Below, piece after piece: positions 46,723 through 63,200 of a DNA stretch of 64,000 nt. Source of the stretch: the human T2T-CHM13v2.0 reference genome, Homo sapiens; the NCBI RefSeq assembly GCF_009914755.1, contig NC_060932.1. One strand, given 5' to 3'. Position 1 is the first letter of the stretch. Each line of letters starts with the position of its first letter. The translations under genes and the position numbers were made by a program. The notes under the pieces were generated by a model. That model ran no database searches. It was not told where the DNA came from and saw nothing but the letters and a program-made list of their open reading frames with translations.

Positions 46723-47229
46723 CTGTAATATAAACAAACAAATAAACGTGAATAAAATCTGCAGAATCCTAAGATTCCTTAGAGCAGATGTGATTTTTAT
46801 AACCGATTTTCAAAGTAATACTTGTTAATTGCCATCAATACACAAGTAATATGCATTAATAACATCTCTTATTAAATCGCATGGTAAATCAAGAAGTAGA
46901 CTTGCTGCATTACTTTTATTTGTACAAGGTAATGTAAAATATATAAGGCTGCATTTCATTGTGAATTATGAAGTGCCTACAAATTCTGAGTGGCCGTCCT
47001 TATACTTTAACTGCTTGTCTAACCACCAGCCTTCCCTATGAGACAAAAAGCTGAGTAAAAGCAGGAGGCCCTAGTGACCTACTCCCACACTGCATTCCTA
47101 GGGCTGTGCCCAGCACATTGTAACAGGCAGAAAATGTGTGCTGAATAAATAAAGAAAGTTCCCATGCTAATCTTAATTTACCATGATTTACAGTTTACCT
47201 ATATGGAACCAAAAGGCCTGAATGACTAA

Positions 47230-47554
<325 letters not shown>

Positions 47555-48701
47555 AAGGACAGCCTTTATGGCAGTAAAAATGATGTTATAATAACCAAGA
47601 TAATTTGCAAGAGAAAAGGTGAATAAGAAAAGGAAGAACTGAATATTTTCAATAATGAGGGCAACTGTTTGCAATGTTTCTTCAGAGTCTGTGTCTTTGT
47701 GAACAAAGTGCTTCGCTGTAAATGAGCCTGCAGCTTTTCGTCTGATCCTTCCACTGCACCAATTAAGTTTGTTCCCAAGAAACACAATGAGGAATATGAA
47801 AACAAGAAGTATGTGCTTACGGCATTTTATGTATATTAATATTTACTGCTTTTGTATATTTTATGGACTCAAGAAAAGTGGCTTGATTGCTACTAGTAAC
47901 GATACTGAAAATGTATCTCTTTTTAAGAATAATTTTTAAAAAACATTAAACACTACTAGATTTAATCAGCTCCAAGGAATGTTTTTATAACTAAGCTACT
48001 AGATTTTTCTTCCTTCAAATGACATCCATCAGTAAGAATTTACAATTTGGATTATCAAAACTTAAAACATTACTAATTCCTTTAAGAGCCCTTTACTCGT
48101 TAAAACAGTAAATAGAATCCAATAGCACAAACAAGTTAACATCAATTTAATATCAAAATTACTATTTTTCTTGGACACTAGAAACATCTGATTTCATAAT
48201 CTAAAAGGTCTACAGGGGAGAGAAACAGAAAAAGATGGCATTTTGATTTTTACCAAGACCTGGCCAGTCTTGAACTCATCATATATAATGAAATGCAGCT
48301 AGTGTATTAGTCAGAGATACTTCATGAAAAACAAACAAAAAGAATCTATATGCAAATAAGAAGTTATCACAGTAAATAAAATGAATGGATTCCACTCAAG
48401 TGGCAGTCAGTGAATAGTGTGCAATAAACTTAAGTAATAGGAGTCATCAACTCTTTCTAACACTACTGGGATAAATGTATTCATTATGCTGGCCTACTTA
48501 AGCCCGTTATAATTCTATACCAACAACTAATTTGCTCAAGGACATCATATTATGCAACAATCAGGAGCTGAAACTTGTGATATTAGTAGGAATTATATTA
48601 AATGATTACTGTTGGCTCTATACTATTCAGTAAGCTTTTATTAATAAGCTACCATAACATGAGGCAAAAGTGTCAATGCACCCATGCTAAAGAAAGATGT
48701 T

Positions 48702-49012
<311 letters not shown>

Positions 49013-49289
49013 CCAGAAAGATGTTTAGGAGATATAAAGATACTAAAATTTCCAAACATCTAGATACCTTGGTGTAACATTTTAAACAAAAAGAATAAAA
49101 TACTTCCATAAAAACAGAATTACAAACTTTTTTATAAGTTACTAAGAGAAACTAGTAGTCATTTAAAGCAAAAGTGGAGGTAATAAAAGCTCTATAATAA
49201 AGAAGCATCTCGTTACTGCTCTGTCCCGAGAGTTTTCACAAAGCCCCTCTAAGAATGTGTTTCAAGGGAAGGAGTAGGGATAATTTTGG

Positions 49290-50270
49290 GGATATCTGCA
49301 AAATAATTATCTGATAAAGGACACATATCTAGAATATATTATATAAGGAGCTAAATTATTTGATAAAGGGCATGTATCTAGAATATATAAAGATCTCTTA
49401 CAACTTAATAATAGGACAAATAATTCAATTATTTTTAAATGGGCAACATATTCTGCAACTCACCATGAGATATACAATAAGGAAAAGTACATGAAAAAAT
49501 ACTCAACATCATTAGTTATTAGGAAAATGGAAATTGAAACCACAATGAAATATTCTACACAACCAGTAAAATTATCTAAAGTGTTGACAAGGATATGAAG
49601 AAATCAGAACCCCTTTTAATCCACTGCTGGTAGAAAATGCAATAGTACAGTCATTTGGGAAAACAGTTTGGAAGTTTCTCACTACACAATGCAATTTTAT
49701 CCCTGATGTTTTCATTTCTCTTGGGGAAGAGATATCCATACAAAGAGCTGAATGGAAATGTTCACAGCAGTTATTGTCCACAATAGCCAAAAATTGTAAA
49801 CAATACAAATGTTTATCAAGGGATTTTCTTAAATGCTGTACATCCATACAGTGGAATACCACTCAATAAAGGGGAATGAATTATCAATATGTGAACAACA
49901 CAGATGAACCTCAAAAACATTATGCTAAATGAAAGAAGACTGACACAAATACAACACACACTGTATTGTATGATTCCATTTATTTGAAATTTCTAGAAAA
50001 AGTAAAACTATAAAGACAGAAAACAGGCTGATGGTTTCCAGTGTCAGGATATGGAAATGGAAACTGACTAAAAATGGACACAAGATAACTTTGTGGGGTG
50101 ATAGAATTGTTCTAAAACTGAATTGTGTCCTAAAGAAGATGAATAACAGACACAAGATATATGACTGCAAAAATGTACTGAAACTCCTGCTACTTAAAAT
50201 GGGTGCATTTTATGGTCTGCAAATTATACTTCAATTTTTAAAATGCAAAAAAAAATTTTAATGTTAAAAA
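49290..50270 (+). mobile_element. Old L1 (L1MD/ME-like) 3' remnant
   Basis: Degenerate ORF2 end and 3'UTR (gatgaacctcaaaaacattatgctaaatgaaagaag; tgattccatttatttgaaatttctagaaaa). Confidence 0.78.
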
Positions 50271-51292
50271 ATATTTTAGTGATTTTTCACAAATGCACCT
50301 GTGTGTCCTTGCTCTTTCTTGTGTGATAGCTACAGTTTCCGCGTGAGTAGGGATCTAAGGGTAAAGGTAGTTCTAGCTGCATATGGTGGTGTGAACACCT
50401 GCCAAGTAGAGCATCAACTAGCAGGTGGAGTAACACCTCACGAGTCTGAGGCAAAAAGCAGTCAGGACTGAATCTACACCACACATAAATAAGACAGCTG
50501 GCAGCATTAGAACTGTGTAGGTTAATGGCAGGGCGTGAGAGAGAACTGAAGAAGATATGCTCAATATTTCATTTTATTTATTTTTTAAGTGAATGGATAG
50601 AAACAGACCCAGAGGAAGCAATGGAAACTGGGAAGAAAATGAAATGACAGCTGTAATACTGGCTAAAAGAACATTTTAATTTATAACTACTATAATAAGA
50701 GATGTGCCATACTTTTTTTGGCTTAACAACAATGTAACAATAGCATCAATAGCATTTATTGAATGCTTATTCTGTGAGAGCACTGAGTAGAGAACTTTTT
50801 GTGTGTTACCTAATTTAACCTTCATAACAATCCTATGAGGGTAGGCCCTGCTACTATCATGTCCACCTTATAGATACAGAAACCTAACTGGGGAGTGAAG
50901 AGCTCTCTCTAAAGCCAGAGAGCTGATGAACTAGCAAAAGTCTGGGTTCTAACCCACAAGAGTCTGACTCTGGAGTTCATACATGATCTTACCCAGTAGG
51001 CTGTTACAGAAGGTCACTGTTTTGATAATGCTATTTTTGCCAACTTGATTTGAAAAAGCAAATGGCAGAAATGTGACCAACCTGAAAACTGCCTTCTTGA
51101 GGTTTTTGGTATAGTACTAACAAGACCAGCAAAAGGTATTCCCTATATCTTGCACCTTTGGCAGACACTATTATTAAATCTTGGCATTATTATTTTCTCA
51201 GCCCAAATGTAGGCCTCACAATTTTCTCAAAGCTGCTACCAATCAAAGGATGCAATCACTAATAGAGCTGGATGTAAATAAAGATATGTCTG

Positions 51293-51603
51293 TTGCAGGG
51301 CATGGTGGCTCCCGCCTGTACTCCCAACACTTTGGGAGGCTTGAGCAGGCATATCACTTGAGCCCAGGAGTTCGAAACCAGCTTGGGGCAACAAGGTAAA
51401 ACCCCGTCTCCAAAAAATACAAAAAAATTAGCTAGGCATGGTGGCGCATGTCTGTAGTCTCAGATACTCATGAGGCTGGGATGGGAGGATCACTTGAGCC
51501 TACGGATGTCAAGGCTGCAGTGAGTCGTGATCACGCCACTGCATTCCAGCCTAGGTGACAGAGTGAGACCCTTTCTCAAAAAAAAAAAAAAAAAAAAAAA
51601 AAG
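51293..51603 (+). mobile_element. AluJ
   Basis: TSD aaagatatgtctgt / aaagatatgtttgt. Confidence 0.88.
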
Positions 51604-54072
51604 AAAGATATGTTTGTCAACTCAAAACAACCAAGTCAATTTTTTCATGGACAACTGAAAACATGGAACAAACAGGCTGTTGGAAAGAGATGACTAAACA
51701 AAAGGGCAGCCCAACAACTATCACACTTCATGTTTCAGGCCAGCCAGCACCACCTTAATCAAGCCAGCCAGACAGACTGGCAGGAAAAAAGAGAACGCAC
51801 AGGGAACAGAAGAAAAAGCTAAGGAAGAACTGCTCAAATTACTTAAGATTTTTCAATAGTTCCAGCCAAGCACATGTGAATTTATACCCATAGTGTACAC
51901 TCATAATATATGATTAATACAAAATTTATTTTTCCCTTTTTTTTGCTTAAAAGCACAAACTCTCAAACACAAAAAACACCTTTAAGTCACCACAGGATAT
52001 AACCCCAAGAAGAAAGTCATACTTTCACGACTTACCTTTGAAAACTATTTCAGATTATTGAACATGATATTGTTATTATACAAATATATTACATATATTT
52101 GTAATGCAAATGTGTCCTAATATATAGCCTTCATGTGAATTTTAATAAAATAGTAAAATTCCAAAGTTTCACTGCAGAAGACTTAATAATATAAAGAATG
52201 AGGACTAGACATGCAAAGTAAAATTGTTTCCCAATAAGTTTGATGGTGCTAATAAGCATCTAGACCTCAGAAGAATAATTTATAAATTGACTGATTAACT
52301 TCTATATATACTGCAGACAAGCTCATGATTTCTTTCTCTGTTTAAAAGGCTATACCTCCACTGCAGACAATAACTCTTAACTAATGAAAATGTTTAAAGG
52401 TAATTTTCATTCTCCAAAGTCCTCTGTAAGGTCAACAGAATCATGGCAAAACTCCCTTAAAATAACATTTAGCCCTGATAACTTACAGGTAAACATTAAC
52501 TAACCTCCTACTTATTCTTTCCAACTACTCATTTTGCCTATTAAGGTATACAAATTAATACAGATAAATTTTTAGGTTAATAAAACCAGTGCTTAAAGTT
52601 AACTGAAAGTCAATCTTAAGATGTTCTTTTGTTATTTCAACTCAGTTTAATAAAAAGCTTCTGAAAGTACAATTAGTCATAAGTTAAACAAGTAGAGATT
52701 TAGATATACAATTTAATAAATTTTCATCCTCACTAAATGTAAAAAAAATTCATAGGCCATAATTATAACAGATATATAGAAAAAATATATCAGTTTAAAA
52801 ATTCTTAAGCTACAGTTACATACACATCCACTATTTACATATATGACACAGTGAAAAATAATATATCCATCACACTCACGGATCTCATTATGCCCATTCC
52901 TTTCCATCTTGTCTCTTGCCTACCATGGTCAGAGGCAATACAATAAAGCAACTATAATAAAACAGCAACTCTGTAAAGACTAGTATTCTTGCCCAGAGAT
53001 AGACCTAGACAACCAATTAATCTCATATCTGTAGTTGAATGTACAAAGTTCAAATTTGGAAAAGGATGAAAGATACTAAATTGGCAGCCCTTGACTTGAA
53101 AATAGCACTTGAATCCATAGAAATGGTTAAGATTTCTTTGGCAGAAAATATAAAGAAAGGAGGATGGGAGACTGGAACTAAGTCTTGAGGAACTTCTACA
53201 GGTAAAAACTATGTAGAAAAGGAATTGACCAAGGAAAATGAGAAGAAATTACCTAAAAGACAAGAGGAAGACCAGCAAAGACAAGTACTATAAAATTCCA
53301 GAGGAGATAATTCCAAGAAGGAGAGGGTGGTCCCCATTGTTCAATGACACTGGAAATTAAGATTTCTACTTGATGTGGCAATCAGAAATTACTGGTGCCC
53401 TTTATAAGGACAGTTTCAATGGAGAGATAAAGATATAAATCAGGCTAGAGAAGGTTGAAGTGTTGACATGTGAAAAGGAAATAAGAATTTGGATACGGCA
53501 TGTACAAATGATTGCTGTCATTATCTTATACTAAAATTTATCTTCTCCTCTAGACTGTGAGCTGTTTGAGGGCAAGGATGAGGTTGCATCCATCTTTGAG
53601 TAAGACAATAACCTGCTGCTGGACTAGTAATTTTTAAACAACTGCAGAAGTCCTAGGGCTTTTATTAGGGTGCTTTGCCAAAAAACTGACAACAGTCTTT
53701 AACAGAATTACGGCGGAGGGGGAAGATAAGTTATTGGGCAGAAATTAATCTTTCTTAAACAGAGGTAAAAGGCTCAGGGATAGTTCCCCACCAAGACTAG
53801 AGCATGCCACCCTAACAACCAATCCACCCCCACCTCAAGTAAAAAGGCCCCAACACACTATAAGTAGAATTTTTATTGTTTTTCTCCCAATAGTGTGGAT
53901 AATTTTTAGATTATAAACTCCCCTCAGAAATTCATCTTCTCCTTAGCTTTTTTCCCCTAATTACTGTTGCAACGACCATTCTGACACAACTGAGCCTAGA
54001 ATCATTCCTTTTATATCCCTTGGGTACAATACAGACGAGCCTATAAAACACTTCAAGATTCTGTATAATATA

Positions 54073-54385
54073 CAGTCATGCACTGCATAACAACATTTGT
54101 CAATGACACACTGCATATCCCATAGTGGTCCTGTAATATTATAATACCATATTTTTACTGCACTTTTTTATATTTAGACATGTTTATATACACAAATATT
54201 TCCCATTGTGTTACAACTGCCCACAGTATTCAGTATAGTAACATGCTACACAGGTTTGTAGCCTAGAAACAATGGGTTACACCAGATAGCCTAGGTATGT
54301 AGCAGGCTAGACCATCTAGGTTTGTGTAAGTACACTCTTGCCTAATGAGGCAATACTCAGAATGCATCTAAGTGATGCGTGACTA
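54073..54385 (+). mobile_element. Tigger3a (MER7A) DNA element
   Basis: TA|cagtcatgcactgcataac ... gatgcgtgacta|TA; internal gtttgtagcctag and ggtttgtgtaagtacactct. Confidence 0.85.
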
Positions 54386-54393
54386 TATGCATA

Positions 54394-54715
54394 TTTTTTT
54401 TTTTTTTTAGACAAGTCTTGCACTGTCGCCCAGGCTGGAGTGCAGTGGCATGACCTCGGCTCACTGCAACACCTGCCTCCCAGGTTCAAGCAATTCTCTG
54501 CTTCAGCCTCCTGAGTGGCTAGGATTACAGGTGCCCGCCACCATGCCCGGCTAATTTTTTTGTTTTTTTGTTTTGTTTTGTTTTTTTGTTTTTTTTTTAG
54601 TAGAGACAGGGTTTCACCATCTTGGTCAGACTGGTCTTGAACTCCTGAGCTCATGATCCACCCATCTTGGCCTCCCAAGGTGCTGGGATTACAGGTGTGA
54701 GCCACCATGCCTGGC
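54394..54715 (-). mobile_element. AluS inserted at the Tigger3a terminus
   Basis: TSD actatatgcata at 54382-54393 and 54717-54728. Confidence 0.9.
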
Positions 54716-54778
54716 AACTATATGCATAATATCTTAAGACTATGGGTAAGAAAAGAAAGTGGACCAGAAGTAACTAGC

Positions 54779-55107
54779 TTTTTTTTTTTTTTTTTTGAGA
54801 CAGGGTCTTGCTCTATTGCTCAGGCTGGAGTGCTGTGGTGCAACCACAGCTCACTGCAGCCTCGACCTCCTGGGCTCAGTTGATCTACCCATGTCGGCCT
54901 CCTGAGTAGCTAGGACTATATTAGGCATGCACCACCACACCTGGCTGATTTTCATATTTATTTATTCATTCTTTTTTTTTTTTTTTTTGTAGAGATGGGG
55001 TTTTGCTATGTCGCTCAGGCTGGACTTGGAACTCCTGGCCTCAAGTGATCTTCCCACCTAGGCCTCCCAAAGTGCTGGTTTTACAGGCGTGACCCACCAC
55101 CCCAGCC
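54779..55107 (-). mobile_element. AluJ
   Basis: Reverse Alu dimer with a long T-rich linker. Confidence 0.88.
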
Positions 55108-56516
55108 AACATTAACATTATATATGTAACTACAAAGGGCAGCGGCAGTCTTTAACTTCCAACACCTAAAGTACCCTCAAAGACAGCCTCAGAGGAACCA
55201 GCACAAACTTGCCACCAAAGGCACCCTTCCCCAAATGATGGTCACTGTCAATTCTCATCTCCTACAGAGAGGTCAAATCTATCAACACAACATGACCGCA
55301 TTAAGATATAATCATTATTTCAATACAATAAAGAGAACATTAATTTTTTAAAATGCACACAAAGCATGTACGAGGGCAAGAGAGGAGGTGTCTCCTTAAA
55401 AAGGAAGACAGTAAGGTAACACAATTTATCTAAAGTCAAAAAACTTAAAACGGACCCGGATGTCAAACCCAGGACTGCCCGAGCACAGGACCTGTATTTT
55501 TACTGCTCTGCCTGCCTGCTAGGCAGCACCGACCCACCAAAACAAAGGATAGCAAGCACCAAATGAACAGTATTTTAAACAGAAAAAAAATTGAAAACAG
55601 CTCACAAGTGTGTATAATAGGTATTCATAGCCATAATGTTTTAATCAAACAAAAATAAGTTTATTTTCTTTGACTCAAATTATAATTATGTATTATGCGA
55701 TTAAGTATGTCAATATTTTACAGAGTTGTAGAAAGAATGTAGTATTCCAAAAGCTAGCACCAGACTAAGAGAAAAGCTTTGCAACTCACTGTGTAGGACA
55801 GTGAAGAACTTTACCTGTGGAGTAGTTAGTACCTAGCCACATTTTAATCAACTTTCTGTATTTTACTGAGTCATCCCATGGATCCAAATGTCACTCAGAA
55901 GAAATGTTATCAGAAAACAGATTTCATTAGAAATGTGGCCCTACTGTGTGAGACTATATAGAGTTTTTTGTCCTCCTAAAAAACTAAAAATGGGATTTTT
56001 CATTTTACTAGGTGCCTAGGTTCTAACAAAAACATTGAGGAATACTGGAGAAAACTGGATCCTATGGCAACAGTACCATTTCGGGAAAAAATTGAGATCT
56101 AGAGCAAACTTAGAAATCACGTTTCAACTACTGAGTTTCACAGATGGAAATCTGGGGCTCAAAGAGATTAGTACCTCTACTGATGACAGGACTTCTCCCA
56201 GTCCTCATGACTAACAGAGTTTCTATGAACCCAGGAACAAATATATCATTAAAACTTGGGCCTCACTATCCTATCTTAACCAATTGCTATTCAACCTCCA
56301 CGTCACAGAAGGGCACTATGTACATGAAAAGGTGTGAAAGGGCCTTCTAACTTAGTTGTGAAGCTAGAATTTATTGATAAAATATCTAACATACAAAACA
56401 TAAATAAAACTGGATAGATCTTGAGATGAGCATTCCAACACCCTAAGCATACAGAATAACAGGAGCTACCTTTTGTTATGAAACAGATGCCAGTTCCCCT
56501 GCTATAAATTTTACAT

Positions 56517-56838
<322 letters not shown>

Positions 56839-58356
56839 TTAAGCAATTTACTCAAGTTAAAGCAAGAGGAAGAAATACCAACTGAATCCAGGTCGTTCTG
56901 AATTCAAGGCCTCCACTCTCCCAGGTTGCTTCTATTACTGCTTCTTCTGCCAGGCTCCCTTCTCTGCAATTCTTGCTCTACCCAACTCCTTATTCCCTCA
57001 AAGAAAAGGATTTGATATCAAGAAGATACTTTCTAAAAGCCAGCCTTACACAGCAGTCACAAGCACCAACTTAACAATGAGTTACCCAAAAAGGTTTCAC
57101 TAACAAGATTATTCAGTTATTGGCTGTTGTACCTACATAAGCAAAAAAAAAAAAAAAAAAAAATAGAAGAAATAATACAATATTGCAGGATAAAAGACAG
57201 TGAAGAAAAAAAAATTTAAGGCTGTGACAAAATGAGAACTTTACTTGACACAAGGAATTTCATTAGAAAAGAAGACAATTCTGAAACCTAAGGTGGGAGA
57301 CAGCTAGGAAAACAATCTATTGTGGCTAAATTTTTCTTCAAACTGGGGGTCCCAGAGACCAAGAATGTATATAAATGTCCATAAAACATCCATGAAATTT
57401 TCTAATTTCATGCTTTCATTTTGATGAAAATCTGAAATTACTTAACATATGGATATGCTAAATCATGTGGACGACCATTATATAACTGATAACTTATTGC
57501 CATTTAATTTCAGGACTTCCATTTGTGCTTACATTCGTGTTAAAGATGAGTATTTTAATTTCTTTGAAGTCAAATCTTGAGAGGGAAAGTTTTCTATGAA
57601 TTCAGTAAAGAAAATTCATGTGGAGTATTTGAAACATCTTCACACAGCTACTAGCAGTACATGCTGAACTCAATGTAACCTGAGCTCAGCAGATTATACA
57701 CAGCAATTTTGTTACAGCCAAATACGCTTGCATGGTAGTGCTAATTTAAATCTTATCGATTTGGTAGTTTTGTTTATATTTAGTTAGTAAATCTATTTTT
57801 GTTTTATAGGTCTTAATTAAACTAAAATCTTCTGTATTGAAAAGGAATCTAGTAACATACTAAACTGGCTGCTTTTCATAGGAGCCATTAACCAAGTTAA
57901 CATTCCCAATTATTTACATAATAAATATGGCCATAAAATGTAGATTTTAAGAATCATTCATGTACATGTTTTGTTTACCAAAAATTTCACTGACAAATCA
58001 AAGGTCCTACCAGTGGTACCCAAAATATGTCTCTGAACTGTAACTAAAGAACAAAGTCTTTTAAAACTAAAAGAAAAAATGTAATCCTTTTTTATAAAGC
58101 TAAATTTCAGTAAATGTGAAGAATCTGACTTTATTATAGATTATGAGCTTACTGTTTCATGGGGCTAAATTTTCCTTTTATTTTCTGAAATGGTGATGCT
58201 AGTAAGTGGTCATTTTCATTTTCATATAATGACTTGACAAAATTGAAATTGTGGCACTCCTATGCCAGTTTGCAGATTTGGGAAAAATTTTTAAATAGAA
58301 ACATGAAATCATAATCTGGGTACTACTGGCCTACAAGTTATCTACTATGAAATGAG

Positions 58357-58478
58357 GTGTGTGTGTGTGTATCTGTGAGTGTATTTATACATACACATAT
58401 ATGTGTGTGTGTGTATAAATATATATATATATAAAACATGTATATACAAACACATACAAATAGATATAGATACATAGT
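58357..58478. repeat. Compound (TG)n/(TA)n/(CA)n microsatellite
   Basis: Directly visible. Confidence 0.85.
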
Positions 58479-58780
58479 TACAGGTATTCTCCTCTGGGAA
58501 TTTCTATTCCATGGGGGAAATTCATTTGTAGCATGAACTCCCAATTGGGAAGTTCTTATTTCTATCAAAAGGAATCTAACACCCCTCTTTCTAGCCCATC
58601 TAGGACAAAGAGCACTCTAGGCAGTCAGGCCACAAACTACAGCATGGAGAGAAAAGAGGAGCTATTACCATTTGATATCTAAACACTTGGAAATAGTTAT
58701 TTTGCTAGACATCCTAGAATAAACCACAGCCTAATAGTGTTAATAATAATGACAAGACAACAAAAACTCTGAACAGAAAC

Positions 58781-59252
58781 TGTGAAAGATTAAAGACAGC
58801 AATAAACTCTTTGCTGCTACTCTCATTGAGAACTGAAGTGTAACCGCCCTTCCCCTGAAGCTGGGGTTGCCTTAATGACTGGCTTGACCAAGAGAATATA
58901 GCAGCAGCAGTATTTTGGGACTTCTGAGCCTTGATGCTTCAGCCTGGGACTCCTGAAACCCTCGATCTTAGCATTCTGAGCTGCTACGTATGTATGACTG
59001 CCTTGAGGCTGCCATACTATGAAGAAGCCCAAGCTGGCCATGTGGAAAAGCCATATGAAAAAAGAGAATTAAATGCCCAGCCAGGCCCCATCTATTATAG
59101 CCCCTGACAGTTCCTGGTCTTCCCAACTAAGACTCCAGATACAGAAGAGACAAACCATCCCTATTGTGCCCTGTCCAAATTCCTAACCCACAGAATTATG
59201 AGCTATATTAATAATAAATTATTGTTTTAAACAATAGATAGATCACCAGAAC
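58781..59252 (+). mobile_element. MLT1G/H-type MaLR solo LTR
   Basis: tgtgaaagattaaagac...cttgaccaagagaatat...gccctgtccaaattcctaacccacagaattatgag...aataaattattgttttaa. Confidence 0.75.
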
Positions 59253-59590
59253 AAAAATGAATCGCCTTTCATAAATAGTAATAAGGACTTAAAAAAAAAA
59301 AAAGAAACATCTCGGGCAGACAAGCTGGAAACCAGAATGGCAACAAACACAAAAAAGGATTACGATGCTTAAGGATAAATAAAAATTAATTAATTCATTT
59401 ACCCAACAAAGATTTATATACAAGGGATATATAAACAGGGATATATAAAGGCTCTGGGAATATAATGGTTTAAAAAAACAAAAAAAGTCCTACCTTCAAG
59501 GAACTTACAAGAAAACATTATGTATCATAGTGGTATCTTTCTATATACAGTACTTAAATTTTTTTTTTCCCCACAAAAATTGCTAGCCTT

Positions 59591-59931
<341 letters not shown>

Positions 59932-59971
59932 TTATGGACATAACCAACAATTCAGATCAAATCAAAACACA

Positions 59972-60292
<321 letters not shown>

Positions 60293-63200
60293 TCATAGAG
60301 TGACCGAGAGTTTGAGTTCCTCTATGAGAAGGAAGTGAAGATTGAATCAAAATCCCACAAAAAGTTATTTGTAGTTTGTAGTATCTAAACACACTTTAGT
60401 TAACTATAGTATATAATAAAATGTTTGGGTTCTGATTTCAGACCATAAATTCAAGGCATGCGTAATGAATTCTTTTTATTTTTTCTTCATAAAGTATCAG
60501 GTTAAAATATCTTTTAAAGATACACTTACAAATGTACATAGTAGACCTCTTCTATTTTACTATAGTCAAGATTCTAGGGCCTAAAATGGGCAAAGCAAGT
60601 AAGGTCAGTAGTAAGCTGTTGTTTTAACAAGATTTATTTCTGTCTAGGTGTGCTACAATTCAAACAAACACACTCACTATTCCAGTGACTAAAATAATTT
60701 TTAACTGCTCCTTTTATTAAAGCATAGACAATTTAACCTTTCATAATATCATCCTCAGGGCTCTAAAATTATTCACACCTTTCTATTTGTAGCATTTCTC
60801 TATTCAAATTTCATACAATGCCAAAAAGAACACAAATAGAGAAAATTATTCTACATGGTATTTTTAAATAAAAGAAAATGTCTGATATCACATTGTAAAA
60901 GAACAACACAGTAAATAACTATGTTTATGGTCTCTTAGGCAAAAGACCGTAGTATGTCTTAAAATCATTAGCACCTAGCACAATGTCTCGGTAGTAGATT
61001 CTCAGCAATTGTCTGTTGACTGATAATACATTTATTTCCTAGTTTTTTTTTAAGTGTGTCCAAGAAAAATAAGCAATCCTATTTTTTTATCCCAGTAATA
61101 TTTGAGGCAAAGAAAAAAAATGTTTTCAAAAGAGGTCACAAAGAAACATACCTGCCCTTTTCATTTTCTCTTGAAAATATTTTAAAAGGAATAGGGTGGG
61201 GGAAAGTGGTAACAAGTGCTATGTGCTCTAAATGTCAGTATCGCACAGATGACAATGAAGCAGTAACAGAATTATAAACTAACTTGTATTTTCTTTTCTC
61301 TCATAATTTCAGTTTTAGCACATTACATAGTAATTTGTCAGAATTTCTTTTTTAAAATATGATGCAAAAAAGAAAAAAATTATCACTGCTAAAAAGCAAC
61401 TTATTAATTTTTTACCCAAAACACAGTATAAAAGTCGTAACAGTGTACTGCACAAGAACATCATCAGGATCTTTAAAATAACAATACCAACATTCCATTA
61501 TAAAAAGTTGCAATATCTGGGAAGAAGATATTGAAGAATGTCTTACTTAACAGACAGCTCATTGTTCTCTTCTAGACTGGTCTAGAGACTGGCCATGGCA
61601 TCAGAACATGCGTCAGAAGACCTGGCCATCTTCCTGGATCTCTGTGAGACCCAAGGCCAATCACTTAACATTTCTAGTCCTCAGTTTCCTCAGTGACAAA
61701 AGGAGAGAGTGGCACAATTGTCCCTAAATCCTGTTTAGGACTAAAAAAATTCTACCATCCTCAAATAAAGAGCCATTAGTCTAAACAAGGTTTTAAGGCA
61801 TCCACATCTTCTATTTGCTTAAGGTGCAATTATTTCCTTAATCTTGCACTAAACACTTTACAAGTTTCAAATGCCTAGAGATAGACTACTTTCTTATTTT
61901 ATCTTTACAACAACTCTGTGAGGTATGTTGACCCTGTAATTTTGATGTGCATTAGGAAAATGCCTAAAGGGAGGCTGAGTGAGGTGACATGGTTTGATTA
62001 AAGTCACTTAGCCAAGAAAAACCTGGAAATCAGATCTTCTGACTCTAGCTCAGTGCTCACGCAAGAGATTTCCAGAAACAAGCCACTTTTAAATTCACAA
62101 GAACTACAAGGAAGGGGAAAAAATGGTGTTTATTTTTAAATGAATATACTGTTTCTTTAAATCCAATGTCATAGTCTTAAATTCCCTAAAACAGTACAAT
62201 TTTAGGCCTTTATATCTCAAAATTATTTTCAAGACTCCTGGAACAAGAAAATCCCAGTGGCTTAACACATTATCAAAATATTACCATCTATCAGGATTTC
62301 CTAAATCAATGTATCTTTCTTGGGGAAAAAGGGGGTCTGTATGAAATTAAGATTTGGAATATTTGTAGATTAATAATGCACATAAGGTCTTTAGTTTAAT
62401 CTAGCATTTCACAAATTTGCTGACTGATATATACTTCAGACTTTTTATAAAATACCAACGGTCATTCTAAAGCACTTTTGTTCCAATGAACAAAATCATC
62501 TTGGAAAACACTTCTGTGTATTTTTAAAAGATGATCATTTCCTAAATAAAAAACAAAATTATTATAATTTTTCCTTATTTCTCTAACATCCACATTTTCA
62601 TCTTTTCTGAAAAGGTAAATTATCTTACTATTTGTACATTTAACACGACAGTGTCCCTTTTTTCATTTCCTGAAAAGCTGTTGACCCAATATCGTACTTC
62701 GTAATCAACAGCAACTTGGAATAGAGAACTATGGTAAAAAATCTTCTCGTAATCTTAAAGTGTACTCTCGTGACACAAATGACATGACATCATATTAAAA
62801 GGTCTCCTTCTTAGCTAAATCACATACCCAGAACTAATACTGAAAAATCTGGGGAGACTTCAATTCAGATGAAATGTATACTTTAAATACATATTAGCAA
62901 AGACAGGTAATTGGGGGAAAATGTACATCAGAGAAATAACATTTGAATCCATCTTAAACTATTACAGAGATCTGTATCTAAAATTGGGAACAAACATTTA
63001 CAGGTAAAGGGGAAGATAAATTACTTAATCACTGAGCCCATTAACCTACTTGTAACATGGAAGTAACTATTAATATAAGTGTGGTTTTGCCCTATTTATA
63101 AAATAGCAAATGATGAGGCAAAGGCTAATTAGCTAATCTGAATTTATCTTGTGCTCATGATTTTATAACACTAGATATATCTATTTATTCCCAAAGGGAT

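Noticed and set aside
49295-49395. Diverged ~55-bp direct repeat; also a 14-bp repeat at about 59423-59449
   Set aside because: Local slippage duplications inside old L1/L2 remnants. There is no spacer structure, so not CRISPR-like.
57340-57810. Possible old DNA-transposon remnant
   Set aside because: I could not match termini or a family with confidence.
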